A stretch of 64,000 bases of DNA from Pseudanabaena sp. M085S1SP2A07QC (GCA_020404895.1 JADBWK010000004.1:109506-173505); one strand, 5' to 3'. Numbered from the stretch's first letter, positions 47,832 to 57,950 are shown. Notes: generated by a model not told the origin, from the sequence alone. Numbers and translations are program-made.

Positions 47832-49091
47832 ATGCAAAACCCTCAGCCCCTCTCTCGCGTCGTTGTCACTGGACTAGGTGCAATCACACCGATCGGTAAC
47901 ACGGTCGAAGAATACTGGCAAGGTCTAGTCGATGGCAAAAACGGAATTACGGAAATTACTCGCTTTGATACAACCGATCATGAGTGTCGGGTTGGTGGCG
48001 AAGTAAAAGATTTTGATCCACTTGCCTATGTCCCAGCCAAAGAAGCGCGCCGAATGGATCGCTTTGCTCAGTTTGGTGTGAGCGCCAGTATCCAAGCATT
48101 ACGCGATGCTAATCTGGAAATAACGCCGCTTAATGCACCTCAGATTGGGGTTTTGCTAGGTACTGGAATTGGGGGCTTACAAGTACTCGAAGATCAGCAT
48201 GAAATTATTCGCACCAAAGGTCCAAGCCGTTGCAGCCCTTTTATGATTCCGATGATGATCGGCAATATGGCCGCAGGTTTGACTGCAATTCATACGGGCG
48301 CTCAGGGACCAAACTCCTGCACCGTGACTGCTTGTGCGGCTGGCTCCAATGCGATCGGTGATGCATTTCGTCTTGTCCAAAGTGGTTTTGCCCAAGCGAT
48401 GATCTGTGGTGGTACTGAGGCGGCGATTACACCGCTAGGCTTTGCAGGTTTTGCCTCAGCAAGAGCAATGTCTCGCCGAAATGACGATCCTGCCCATGCT
48501 TCTCGTCCCTTTGACAAAGATCGCGATGGTTTTGTGATGGGTGAAGGCGCAGGTATCTTGATCATTGAAAATCTAGAACATGCTCTAGCGCGTGGAGCAA
48601 AAATCTATGCTGAAATCGTTGGCTATGGCTGCACCTGTGATGCTTACCATATGACATCACCATCACCTAATGGTGAAGGTGCAGTAAGAGCAATGACTCT
48701 TGCCCTAAATGATGGCTATATTACCCCTGAGATGGTGGACTATATTAATGCTCATGGTACTAGTACTTCAGCAAATGATAGTACTGAGACTAAGGCTATC
48801 AAAAAAGTTCTAGGCGATCATGCCTACAAAGTTGCAGTTAGTTCTACTAAGTCGATGACAGGACATTTGCTTGGTGGATCAGGTGGCATTGAGGCAGTAG
48901 CGACAGTTTTGGCGGTGAAAAATAATATCGCGCCACCGACGATGAACTTAGAAAACCCTGATTCTGACTGTGATCTCGACTATGTACCTAACCAGTCTCG
49001 TCCGATGACAATTAATGTGGCGACCTCTAACTCCTTTGGGTTTGGTGGTCATAACGTTACGCTAGTCTTTAAGAAATACCGTAATTCGTAA
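47832..49091 (+). CDS. fabF: 3-oxoacyl-ACP synthase II
   Basis: Active-site ACAAGS, HGTSTSANDSTE and GHLLGGSGG. Directly downstream of acpP. Confidence 0.96.
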   Translation: MQNPQPLSRVVVTGLGAITPIGNTVEEYWQGLVDGKNGITEITRFDTTDHECRVGGEVKDFDPLAYVPAKEARRMDRFAQFGVSASIQALRDANLEITPLNAPQIGVLLGTGIGGLQVLEDQHEIIRTKGPSRCSPFMIPMMIGNMAAGLTAIHTGAQGPNSCTVTACAAGSNAIGDAFRLVQSGFAQAMICGGTEAAITPLGFAGFASARAMSRRNDDPAHASRPFDKDRDGFVMGEGAGILIIENLEHALARGAKIYAEIVGYGCTCDAYHMTSPSPNGEGAVRAMTLALNDGYITPEMVDYINAHGTSTSANDSTETKAIKKVLGDHAYKVAVSSTKSMTGHLLGGSGGIEAVATVLAVKNNIAPPTMNLENPDSDCDLDYVPNQSRPMTINVATSNSFGFGGHNVTLVFKKYRNS

Positions 49092-49283
49092 TTTAGAATT
49101 ACGGTATTTCACAATGTGAAGCTAGTTTTTAAAAATATCAATATCTTTAGAGACTCAAAACAAGGCACAAAATGGCGTAGCCATTTTGTGCCTTGTTTTT
49201 TATGGATCGTTTTTCTTTGGATTTTCCTTATAGCGATCGCAAAAAAAGCTTTCGTGCAAAGCGCGGAGTCTTTTTTTGATTTT

Positions 49284-49649
49284 TTATGCATCAATAAATA
49301 GATCAGAGCCTTCTTGTGTGACTGCAAAGCTTTTCACGTCAGTAGATGTTTTGCCCATCGCAATCATTTTTTTCGCAGCATCAGGTAAGGGAATACCCAC
49401 GAAGGACTCTACCCATTCAGTATTCTTGCCAGTGCAAATTTCAAACTTGGAACCATGAAAAGGACAGGTAATTGTCCCATTCTCAAATTTGCCTTTTGCT
49501 AAAGGTAGCCCAAAATGAGGACATTTATTTGCGATCGCGCAATATTTATCACCAACTTTCGCGACGAGGACAGATTGTCCATTAGCGCTAGTTTTCAGGA
49601 CTTTATCAGAAATGACATCGGATGTGGAAGCAACTTTGACTTTAGTCAT
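49284..49649 (-). CDS. Rieske [2Fe-2S] domain protein
   Basis: CPHFG..(17)..CPFHGSKF. ATG at 49649 (MTKVKV). The longer track ORF extends into the MITE at 49742-49849. Confidence 0.85.
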   Translation of the reverse strand: MTKVKVASTSDVISDKVLKTSANGQSVLVAKVGDKYCAIANKCPHFGLPLAKGKFENGTITCPFHGSKFEICTGKNTEWVESFVGIPLPDAAKKMIAMGKTSTDVKSFAVTQEGSDLFIDA

Positions 49650-49741
49650 TTGGTTGTGGGGGATGGTTAAGACACAAAAAACTATATCACAAGCCTTGTT
49701 TGTCATTACCCACCAAAAAATAGCATGACGGTGCAATGTGC

Positions 49742-49849
49742 TATAGCAATGTAAGCTTTGCTTAGGACATAAAACCCAAAAGATGGCAGAGCGAAGCTCT
49801 GCCATCTTTTGGGTTTTGAATTGTCCTATCTATCTCTTACGTTGCTATA
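49742..49849. mobile_element. 108-bp MITE, copy 2
   Basis: By eye identical to copy 1 (8239-8346). It lies 93 nt upstream of the Rieske gene start. Confidence 0.9.
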
Positions 49850-50512
49850 TCACTATGTTTTTGGGGTTGAGATCGAAATTTTTTAGTAATAGTGTTATGG
49901 GCGCTTCGCGCCCATAATGCAAGTTTGTCTGTGTCGGAAAATGTTGGAAAAAAAGATCAGACTTTTTCTGTTCCCAGAACTTGTTTGTTAATGCCTTGAT
50001 TGATGTCATCAAACATCATAATTTTTATCGTTAAAAACAAGTTAGAGCTAGATTAAAAAAATATAATAATCCTTGAAAACCTTGCTAATAAATGTTTTTG
50101 AGGTTTACATCTATACAATTATCATAGATAACCAGTTTAAATAAACTGTGCTAACTTATCTGTGTCAGCAGAAACAACATACAAAATATTTTATTTTCTA
50201 CGTTGTTATCTGTATTGATTTTTGGATTCATCTCTAAAACTTTTTGGCGAGTCTAACGGAAGGGTGTTGAGTAATTGTGAATTGAATAATAAGTTCTAAT
50301 GTTTTAATTAAAAAATGACTTGGGAAAAGTATTGGTAAATGTGTTGAGTACAAACTATGAGTTTGTTTGCCTAATTAGATGGAGATTTAATTAGAAAGTT
50401 CCCAATTTATGTCAAGATTTAGAATCAAAAATTAGAATAATTGTATTATTGAAAACATTTTGACTCGCTAGTTTTTTAGAGAGCTTATCTAAATAAAAAT
50501 AATTAGTGAACT

Positions 50513-51058
50513 GTGAGGAAAAAGATGACTATTGAAGACGCACTCAATATCGTAGATTCTGTTTTGGGAAATAAGAGCCTCAGTACAATTCAAGAGGCTA
50601 TATTTCGCCAGACTTGGGAGGGTAAAACCTATTCAGAGATCGCGGAAAAAGCTGGCTATGATGCTGCTTATATTCGTGATGTTGGCTATAAATTATGGCA
50701 ATTACTATCAGAAGCTTTTGGCGATCGCGTAACTAAAAATAATTTGCAAGTGGTTCTTCGTCGCTATAGCAATCGATCGGTTAATGCTATTACTAATCCT
50801 GTTGGAAATTATCCATCTACGATTAATTCTCAGATGATTTCAGCCATGCCATCACCTGTAAATTTGCCTGTTTCTACAGAGTCATTTAGTCAAGAAATTA
50901 GTAATGGAGCCTCTAAGCTTTTGCAGTTATTAGCGCGGGTTTTGACTGAACCTATTAGCGATCGCCCAATTAATCACCATTGGCAACAAATTCACGATTC
51001 AAATACCGACTCTTCGTTGAAATTAACGATTACCGTAAATCTGAGCATGGCTGACTAA
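50513..51058 (+). CDS. Stand-alone HTH-like N-terminal domain protein with a low-complexity tail
   Basis: SLSTIQEAIFRQTWEGKTYSEIAEKAGYDAAYIRDVGYKLWQLLSEAFGDRVTKNNL resembles the N-terminal module of many cyanobacterial STAND/WD40/vWA-MoxR-associated proteins (recollection only). GTG track start, ATG at 50525. Confidence 0.5.
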   Translation: MRKKMTIEDALNIVDSVLGNKSLSTIQEAIFRQTWEGKTYSEIAEKAGYDAAYIRDVGYKLWQLLSEAFGDRVTKNNLQVVLRRYSNRSVNAITNPVGNYPSTINSQMISAMPSPVNLPVSTESFSQEISNGASKLLQLLARVLTEPISDRPINHHWQQIHDSNTDSSLKLTITVNLSMAD

Positions 51059-51253
51059 TAACCTCACCCCTAGCCTATCTTCTACCTAAGGAGGGGAGAG
51101 CAAGAAAAATATTGCGCCCCTTCTCCTTTGCGAGGAGAAAGACCAATTATCGAAAGTGTGAATACACTTTCGATAATAAAAAACAGACCCAGTGAGGGTT
51201 TTAATTTTCCAAATGGCAATGCCATTTGGAAAATTGGTATTCGGGAGGTGTGG

Positions 51254-52525
51254 TTAAATTGCTTTGCTAGCAATATCCTTGCGGTAATACATGCCATCAT
51301 AAGCAACAAACTCAATTGCGCTATATACATTGGCGATCGCATTTTTAATGTCTTCGCCCAAAGCAGTAACTCCAAGCACTCGACCACCATTAGTAACTAA
51401 AGCATTATTCTTAAGCTTTGTTCCTGACTGAAACACAAAAGCACCCAAATCTTCGGCTTTACCGATACCTGTAATAAACTGCCCCATATCTACCTTGTCT
51501 GGATAGCCACCTGCTGCCATTACTACACATACAGAAGACTGCTTTTTCCATTTAATCGATGGAAAATTAGCTAGGTTCCCTTCGATGCAAGCCATGAGCA
51601 AATCATCAAGATTGGTGTCGAGCAATGGCAATACAGCTTGGGTTTCAGGATCACCCAAGCGGCAGTTAAACTCCACAACCTTGGTCTCACCTTCGGGAGT
51701 AATCATCAAACCCGCATACAGACAACCACGATAGTCAATGCCTCTAGCATTCAAAGCTGCGATCGCAGGTTCTAAAACTTGGGTCTGCACCTTTGCCATC
51801 AATTCAGGCGTTGCGATCGGAGCGGGGGCATAGGCTCCCATACCACCTGTATTAGGACCAGTATCACCATCCCCGAGACGCTTATGATCTTGAGCAGGGC
51901 TTAAGGGGCGGATGGTTTTACCATCTGTGACGGCAAGTACAGATACTTCTTGTCCTACCATAAACTCTTCGATCACCACGGTTTCGCCTGCGGAGCCGAA
52001 CTGTCCTGCAAAAATGCGATCGATTGCTTCAGTGGCTTCTTCCAGAGTCATAGCAACAGTGACTCCTTTGCCGCTAGCTAACCCATCTGCCTTGATCACA
52101 ATCGGTGCACCCTGCTCTTGCACATAGGCTTGCGCAGTTTCGAGACTTGTGAAAGTGGCACTGGCAGCGGTGGGGATATTCGCCTCTTTCATCAGCGCTT
52201 TCGCCCAAGATTTGCTTGCCTCAATCTGAGCGCCTTCTTTAGTTGGTCCAAAAATTAACGCTTCAGCAGCTTGAAAATAATCAACAATGCCAAGTGCTAG
52301 CGGCAGTTCGGGACCAACTATTGTAAAACCAACACCTTGTACTTTGGCAAATCGTAAAATCCCTTCAAAATCATCAATGCTGAGGGAAACGTTTTGACAG
52401 TTTTGCATAGTTGCTGTACCGCCGTTTCCTGGGATGCAAAAGACGCGATTAATATTGGGAGATTGCAGAAGTTTCCAAGCTAAGGCGTGTTCTCTACCGC
52501 CACTGCCAACTACGAGGACTTTCAA
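51254..52525 (-). CDS. purD: Phosphoribosylamine-glycine ligase PurD
   Basis: MKVLVVGSGGREHALAWKL, ATP-grasp region, GPNTGGMGAY, EFNCRLGDPE. Confidence 0.96.
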   Translation of the reverse strand: MKVLVVGSGGREHALAWKLLQSPNINRVFCIPGNGGTATMQNCQNVSLSIDDFEGILRFAKVQGVGFTIVGPELPLALGIVDYFQAAEALIFGPTKEGAQIEASKSWAKALMKEANIPTAASATFTSLETAQAYVQEQGAPIVIKADGLASGKGVTVAMTLEEATEAIDRIFAGQFGSAGETVVIEEFMVGQEVSVLAVTDGKTIRPLSPAQDHKRLGDGDTGPNTGGMGAYAPAPIATPELMAKVQTQVLEPAIAALNARGIDYRGCLYAGLMITPEGETKVVEFNCRLGDPETQAVLPLLDTNLDDLLMACIEGNLANFPSIKWKKQSSVCVVMAAGGYPDKVDMGQFITGIGKAEDLGAFVFQSGTKLKNNALVTNGGRVLGVTALGEDIKNAIANVYSAIEFVAYDGMYYRKDIASKAI

Positions 52526-52780
52526 ATTACACCTTTAATACTCACACTAATTTTGCTTTCTCAATTACAATGCTTTGCATCTTCGTCAAATCCAAATAAT
52601 TCTTTAAAATCCTTAATAAATATGGCTTCCAAAGAATTGTTTGGACTTTACTCATTTGCAAAATGTGATGAGAAAACTCCAAATGATCAGATTTTCAAGA
52701 AATTATGTACTGCTAAAGCAAGACGATAAATCTCAATAATATTAATCATTCAGGCATTAATTATACCTGAGGAGTAGCTC

Positions 52781-53392
52781 TTAAGAAGTAGAGCCTATGG
52801 TAATTTCGTTGCTAAAGCTTGTCTTTTTCACAAACTGGAAGGCTCCTGCGATCGAGCCCCAGACCCTTTCATCGGTTACGATGTCATAGCCACGATCAAG
52901 GCTGCTATATGTATTTTCCGTAACTTCAAACTCAATTGCAAGATAGGTATCGACACCTTTACGATTAATGCAACATTTTTTTCCTGGCTCGACTGCCCCT
53001 TTAAATGTTTGCTGATCAGTGCGATCTACCCATTGAGTACAGCCCTGTAGCTGCTCGATCGCATTGATATCCAGCACTTTAAGCCGATCAAGATCTCGAC
53101 TAGCCCCAAAAAACGTTTCCGCATTTTTGAGACGATAGTTGATCATTTCAATGCGATCATTTTGAAAAATCAGATGTAAAACTGCGGTGCGATAAGGATG
53201 ATTTAGCTCATAGTCGTATGCTTGTTCAAGAAAGAGCCATACGCCATCGTCAGTAATGGGATTTGGTAATGCGCGAATGCCAACGCGAATATGGGCAAAA
53301 AATGGCGGATTATCGATCGCTTGTTCCCAATTACTATGATCGCCTGCGAGCCATTGAGCAAGCGTATACACATCGCTAGGGTTTGTAGTCAT
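52781..53392 (-). CDS. cpcT: CpcT/CpeT-family bilin lyase
   Basis: LAQWLAGDHSNWEQAIDNPPFFAHIRV and FLEQAYDYELNHPYR match the CpcT/CpeT pattern. Confidence 0.85.
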   Translation of the reverse strand: MTTNPSDVYTLAQWLAGDHSNWEQAIDNPPFFAHIRVGIRALPNPITDDGVWLFLEQAYDYELNHPYRTAVLHLIFQNDRIEMINYRLKNAETFFGASRDLDRLKVLDINAIEQLQGCTQWVDRTDQQTFKGAVEPGKKCCINRKGVDTYLAIEFEVTENTYSSLDRGYDIVTDERVWGSIAGAFQFVKKTSFSNEITIGSTS

Positions 53393-53553
53393 GAGTTGTT
53401 AAAATTTACTTTTTTTATTAGACATTAAAAATTTGAAGATGCAAAGATTGCGATCCTCTACTTTTTTGGGATCCACTATTAAATATAAACCTAGCGACAA
53501 AAATCCAAAACGCCCGCTGCGCAGGTATTATGATTTTGGCTCTAGGTTTATAT

Positions 53554-53976
53554 TTATGCTGAGTTACTTATTACTGAAATTACCTGCATAATTTCTGTAA
53601 TGTTAATCGGTTTACTAATGTAATCATTCATACCTGCATCAAAACAAGCTTGGCGATCTTCGGGCATCACATCAGCAGTCATGGCAACAATCGGCACTTG
53701 GCTCATTAATTCATTGCGAATAATCTTTGTGGCTGTTATGCCATCCATTGTTGGCATTTGCAAATCCATCAGGATTAGATCGTAGGTATTATTTTGTAAA
53801 GCCTGCAATACCTCTAATCCGTTGTTAGCAATATCACTAGTCTGATAACCAAGTTTTTTGAGTATCGAACTAGCAACCATTTGATTAACTTTATCGTCTT
53901 CCACTATGAGAATCTTTAAAGGGAATTTTTCGGCAAATTGTCTGCTGATCGCAGTTTTTTTATTGTGAGTTCCCAA
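53554..53976 (-). CDS. Receiver (REC) domain, the detached C-terminal module of the broken hybrid kinase upstream
   Basis: KILIVEDDKVNQ, LILMDLQMPTMDG and SKP. The only in-frame start is TTG. The frame stays open upstream, through a linker, to the MITE. Confidence 0.7.
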   Translation of the reverse strand: MGTHNKKTAISRQFAEKFPLKILIVEDDKVNQMVASSILKKLGYQTSDIANNGLEVLQALQNNTYDLILMDLQMPTMDGITATKIIRNELMSQVPIVAMTADVMPEDRQACFDAGMNDYISKPINITEIMQVISVISNSA

Positions 53977-54000
53977 AGGCTGATAGATCGTTTGACTAGT

Positions 54001-54108
54001 TATAGCAATGTAAGCTTTGCTTAGGACATAAAACCCAAAAGATGGCAGAGCTTCGCTCTGCCATCTTTTGTGTTTTGAATTGTCCTATCTATCTCTTACG
54101 TTGCTATA
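54001..54108. mobile_element. 108-bp MITE, copy 3 (central loop inverted: gagcTTCgctc versus gagcGAAgctc)
   Basis: Same TIRs as copies 1 and 2, plus one g-to-t change in the right stem arm. It sits exactly where a HATPase_c domain should be encoded. Confidence 0.9.
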
Positions 54109-54119
54109 AGACCACAATC

Positions 54120-55283
54120 TCAAAGTAAAATTACGATAGGAATATCAGGCGAGATCATATATTGGAGATCAATTTGCTTAGCGATCGCTTGACTATTTAG
54201 CAGTTGAGTGACTCCACTAACAACATCTTCCAACTTGAAATCCCATGTTTCTATTTCTAACATGCCTGATTCAATTTTAGAGAAGTCAAGAATATCGTTG
54301 ATAATGGTTAAAAGAGATTCACTACTATCCTGAATTGTTTTCACAAAATCTGCTTGTTCTTCGGTAAGAGAAGTAGTTTCCAGTAGTTGTGTCATTCCCA
54401 TCATGCCATTCATTGGCGTGCGGATTTCATGGCTTATATTTGCTAAAAATGCACTTTTCGCTCTAGTAGCTTCTTCAGCACTTGTTTTCGCTTGTTCTAG
54501 AGCGCTTTCTGCTTGCTTACGGACAGTGATATCCACTACTCGCGCTAGACTATACTGTTGTTCTCCAAAAGTAATTCTCTTAAGAGAAAGATCCCCCCAA
54601 AATTCGCGTCCTTTGCGAGTGAGATATTCTACCTCGATGCTACAAAAAACATTTTGGTTAACTTCTTGGTCAATCTGGGCGAGTTCTTGCCTAGTAAACT
54701 GGCGTTTGTGGAGAGTGCGCCCTTCAATATTAAGTAGATCATTTTTATCTTCAACTTCAAATAGTTTTATAGCTTGCTGATTGCAGTCTATTATGAGTGA
54801 AGTCTTACTATCGACTAAGAACATTGCATCAGTAGACTCATTAAATATTAATTCTCGTAAATCACGACTATGGGTTAACTCTATTTCTAATCGTTTGCGA
54901 TCGCTAATATCAGTAATTGTACCAATCAGTCTCACTACTTTTCCTTGGTCGTCACAAATCGCCTCACCTCGGCTGATTACATGACAGATTGAGCGATCAG
55001 GACGAATGATGCCATGTTCCACCATGTAAGGTGTACCATGGGCGATCGCTTCTTCTACGGCTGCACGAATATTTGGTTGGTCAACTAGAGGGACAATATC
55101 AAAGAAGTTGGCATATTTGGGTAATGGCACATTTGGATCAAATCCCAGAATAAGGAATTGCTGATCTGACCAAGTACTAACTCCACTCGCTACATCAAAT
55201 TCCCAGCTACCGATCCTTGCAATACGTTGAGCTTCAGTAAGATCTGTTGTTTTTTTAGCAACATAGAATCGTGCGATAAACAT
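54120..55283 (-). pseudogene. Truncated sensor kinase (PAS-PAS-HisKA) lacking the HATPase_c domain
   Basis: The H-box [10 protein letters not shown] is present. The ORF stops at ..QYMISPDIPIVILL*, the position where the paralog at 22511-25948 continues with VVGDSSRLRQILINLIGNAIKFT. Confidence 0.75.
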
Positions 55284-55387
55284 TCTTCTGAATTTCTGAC
55301 ATAAAGTCAGCTTCAGGGATCGCTATTACAAAAAGCCAGTCTAAGCCGTAATACAGAAATATAGTTTTTTACAGTAGCGTTTTGTTT

Positions 55388-56620
55388 TTATCTAACTGGT
55401 ATTTGCTCGGCTTCAGGAACTTGTTCAGCTTCCCAATGGCTGAGAATAATTGCATTCACACTGTTACCAATAATATTAATGACGGTTTTAAATCCATCGG
55501 TTAAGCGATCAATGCCTGCGACTAAGGCAATCGCTTCTAATGGCAAACCTGATGCTGATAGCACGGTTGCCATCGTGATCAGTGCTGAGCCTGGCACTCC
55601 AGGGGTACTAAATGAAACCAGTAAACTACTAACAGCGATCGCGGTTAGTAGAGAAGGTGTTAAGGGAACTTGATAGATTTGAGCGACAAATAGAGCGTTA
55701 AATCCTTGCAAAATCGCCGCACCATCACGTTTGAGAGCAGTACCTAGAGGGATCGCGAAACTAGCAATTTCTTCTCGCAAACCATAGTTCTCTTGAATGT
55801 TTTGTAGTACAACTGGCAAGGCGGCATTGGAACTAGCTGTACCAAAGGCTAAAGCGATCGCTTCTGAAAGACTACGCAAAAATCTTATAGGCTCAGCTTT
55901 AAGAATAAACAGGGCTATCATATCTAAGCTAATCATGATCGAAGAAGCAATCACTAAACCCAAAACATAGAGAAATAATTTAGCAACGATTTCTAATCCT
56001 TGAGTAGCGATCGTAGAACTCATCAGGGCAAATACACCCAAAGGCGCAACATACAAAATTACGGATAAAGTTTTTTCGCTAATGTGATAGATACTTTCGA
56101 TTAATTCCACAAAGGGTTTTGCTTTCTCTTTAGCAAGTTGAACGCCTATTCCTAGCAGAACAGCCGAGAAAATGATTTGTAATAGATTGCCAGTGCTAAG
56201 AGCTTCTAATGGGTTTACAGGAATTAGGCTAACGAGCCAAGATATTAAAGATGGTGCTTCAGTAATACTAATATTTTCTGAGATTGTAAAGCCTTTTACT
56301 CCACTTCCAGGCTGTAAGCAATAGGCTGTACCCATACCCACACAAAGAGCGATTGAACTGGTGATCAGGTAGCTAGTCATTAACTTAACTGTATATCTGC
56401 CAACTTGTCCAGCGCCTTGGATTCGCGTCAATCCCATGATTAGCGAAGAAAAAACAATGGGAACGACTACAAACTGAATCAGCCTTAAGAAAGATTCACC
56501 AACTGGAGCTAAAAAGCTTTGATTGATTAGTTCAATATTCTCAGAAAAAGTTGTATTCAATAAAGTTCCAAAAGCAACACCAAATGCTAATGAAATGAGA
56601 ATAAAAGTAGATAGATTCAT
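55388..56620 (-). CDS. Dicarboxylate/amino acid:cation symporter (DAACS, GltP/DctA-like)
   Basis: 410 aa, polytopic. SSNAALPV and GTALKRDGAA hairpin motifs, and a PGVPG motif. Confidence 0.9.
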   Translation of the reverse strand: MNLSTFILISLAFGVAFGTLLNTTFSENIELINQSFLAPVGESFLRLIQFVVVPIVFSSLIMGLTRIQGAGQVGRYTVKLMTSYLITSSIALCVGMGTAYCLQPGSGVKGFTISENISITEAPSLISWLVSLIPVNPLEALSTGNLLQIIFSAVLLGIGVQLAKEKAKPFVELIESIYHISEKTLSVILYVAPLGVFALMSSTIATQGLEIVAKLFLYVLGLVIASSIMISLDMIALFILKAEPIRFLRSLSEAIALAFGTASSNAALPVVLQNIQENYGLREEIASFAIPLGTALKRDGAAILQGFNALFVAQIYQVPLTPSLLTAIAVSSLLVSFSTPGVPGSALITMATVLSASGLPLEAIALVAGIDRLTDGFKTVINIIGNSVNAIILSHWEAEQVPEAEQIPVR

Positions 56621-56871
56621 ATTCTAAATTGCTAATAAAAAAACGCCATAAAAAACTTACAGCCTTATGGATCAAGCTAACTTAGCCAGCCAAAAAAGAA
56701 AGTCCAAAATGAACTACGATCGCAATAAAAATTCAAAATTAGTACCGCTCGCTACGCGGGTAGTACAGATTTTGGCTCTGAATTTTTAATTATGCTGCGG
56801 TACTTAGTGATTGCTATATAATCAAGGCTGCTAGTTTGCCCCTCTTAATATTTAGATACAAACAAGATGCT

Positions 56872-57693
56872 ATGGCGGATCGTTATGTTCGCGTGAAAAC
56901 TTCCCAAGGGAAAGTCTGTTACGGGCTGTTAGAGTTGAATCAATCTATAAAGCTACTCAGTTCAGCACCTTGGCTGGGAGGGGAGCCAAATGGTGAATTA
57001 CTTGCACCAGAAACCTATGAACTTCTAGCTCCCTGTGAGCCAAGCAAGATTGTCGCTGTAGGCAAAAACTATTCGGCACATGCTGCGGAAATGGGTGGAG
57101 AAGTCCCCAGAGAGCCAATTATATTTTTAAAACCTACTACTACGATTATTGCTCCTGAAGCAAAAATAGCCTTGCCGCCACAGTCTAAACGGGTAGAATA
57201 TGAAGGTGAGTTAGCATTGGTGATTGGCTCTCATTGTTTTAATGTCACACCTAATCAAGCGATCGCAGCGATTTGGGGCTATACGATCGCTAACGATGTA
57301 ACTGCAAGGGATTTACAAAGAAGCGATAGTCAATGGACTAGGGGTAAGGGCTTTGATACTTTCTGTCCTTTGGGTCCATGGATTGTGCGCGAAATTAGTC
57401 CTACTGCGATGTTGCAAACTTTTGTAAATGATACTAAAAAGCCTTTTCAGTCAACCTCCATTGAAGAGATGGTATTTTCTCCAGACTATATCGTTTCCTA
57501 CATTAGCCAAATCATGACTTTACTACCAGGAGATATTATTCTCACTGGTACACCTGAAGGTGTGGGGCAAATGCAAGAAGGCGATCGCATTTATATCGAA
57601 ATCGAGGGGATTGGTAAATTGCATAACACGGTAATCCTGCGATCGCCTTTACCGATTGAGCAAGAACCTGAAGAAAGCGAAATTAACGAATAG
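56872..57693 (+). CDS. Fumarylacetoacetate hydrolase (FAH) family protein
   Basis: KIVAVGKNYSAHAAEMG, EYEGELALVIG, NDVTARDLQ, GKGFDTFCPLGPW, and LLPGDIILTGTPEGVG. Confidence 0.9.
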   Translation: MADRYVRVKTSQGKVCYGLLELNQSIKLLSSAPWLGGEPNGELLAPETYELLAPCEPSKIVAVGKNYSAHAAEMGGEVPREPIIFLKPTTTIIAPEAKIALPPQSKRVEYEGELALVIGSHCFNVTPNQAIAAIWGYTIANDVTARDLQRSDSQWTRGKGFDTFCPLGPWIVREISPTAMLQTFVNDTKKPFQSTSIEEMVFSPDYIVSYISQIMTLLPGDIILTGTPEGVGQMQEGDRIYIEIEGIGKLHNTVILRSPLPIEQEPEESEINE

Positions 57694-57950
57694 TAACAGA
57701 GTATTTTACGCTCAATCTCCTATAGAGTTTTTAAAAGTGTTACAGAACAACACTTTTAAAAACTCTATAGGTTTGTTTGATCAAAAATTTTGACGCGACA
57801 AGAAGTTTTGCTTTTTAAATTTTTAGCGGGAACATATGCTGTGAAACTGAGGTCATAAATATTTAGTAAGATCTATAGTTAAAGTCAGGCTCAATGTCAT
57901 AGGCGTAACCACGTAAGAGTCGCAAAATATATCTGGGGGGACGCTTTGAA

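Noticed and set aside
49109-49327. Two ~60-70-aa ORFs on opposite strands downstream of fabF
   Set aside because: Both are translated across the palindromic terminator at 49157-49199 and across AT-rich spacer, with no coding signal.
49650-49805. 52-codon N-terminal extension of the Rieske ORF
   Set aside because: The extension is read through the MITE copy at 49742-49849. The Rieske domain begins right after the internal ATG at 49649.
51082-51400. ORFs of 102 aa (-) and 90 aa (+) at the purD 3' end
   Set aside because: They overlap the purD coding end and the C/G-tract repeat at 51061-51140 and are repeat-derived pseudo-ORFs.
52487-52729. 80-aa plus-strand ORF between purD and cpcT
   Set aside because: It starts inside purD on the opposite strand, has no RBS or motifs, and runs through AT-rich promoter sequence.
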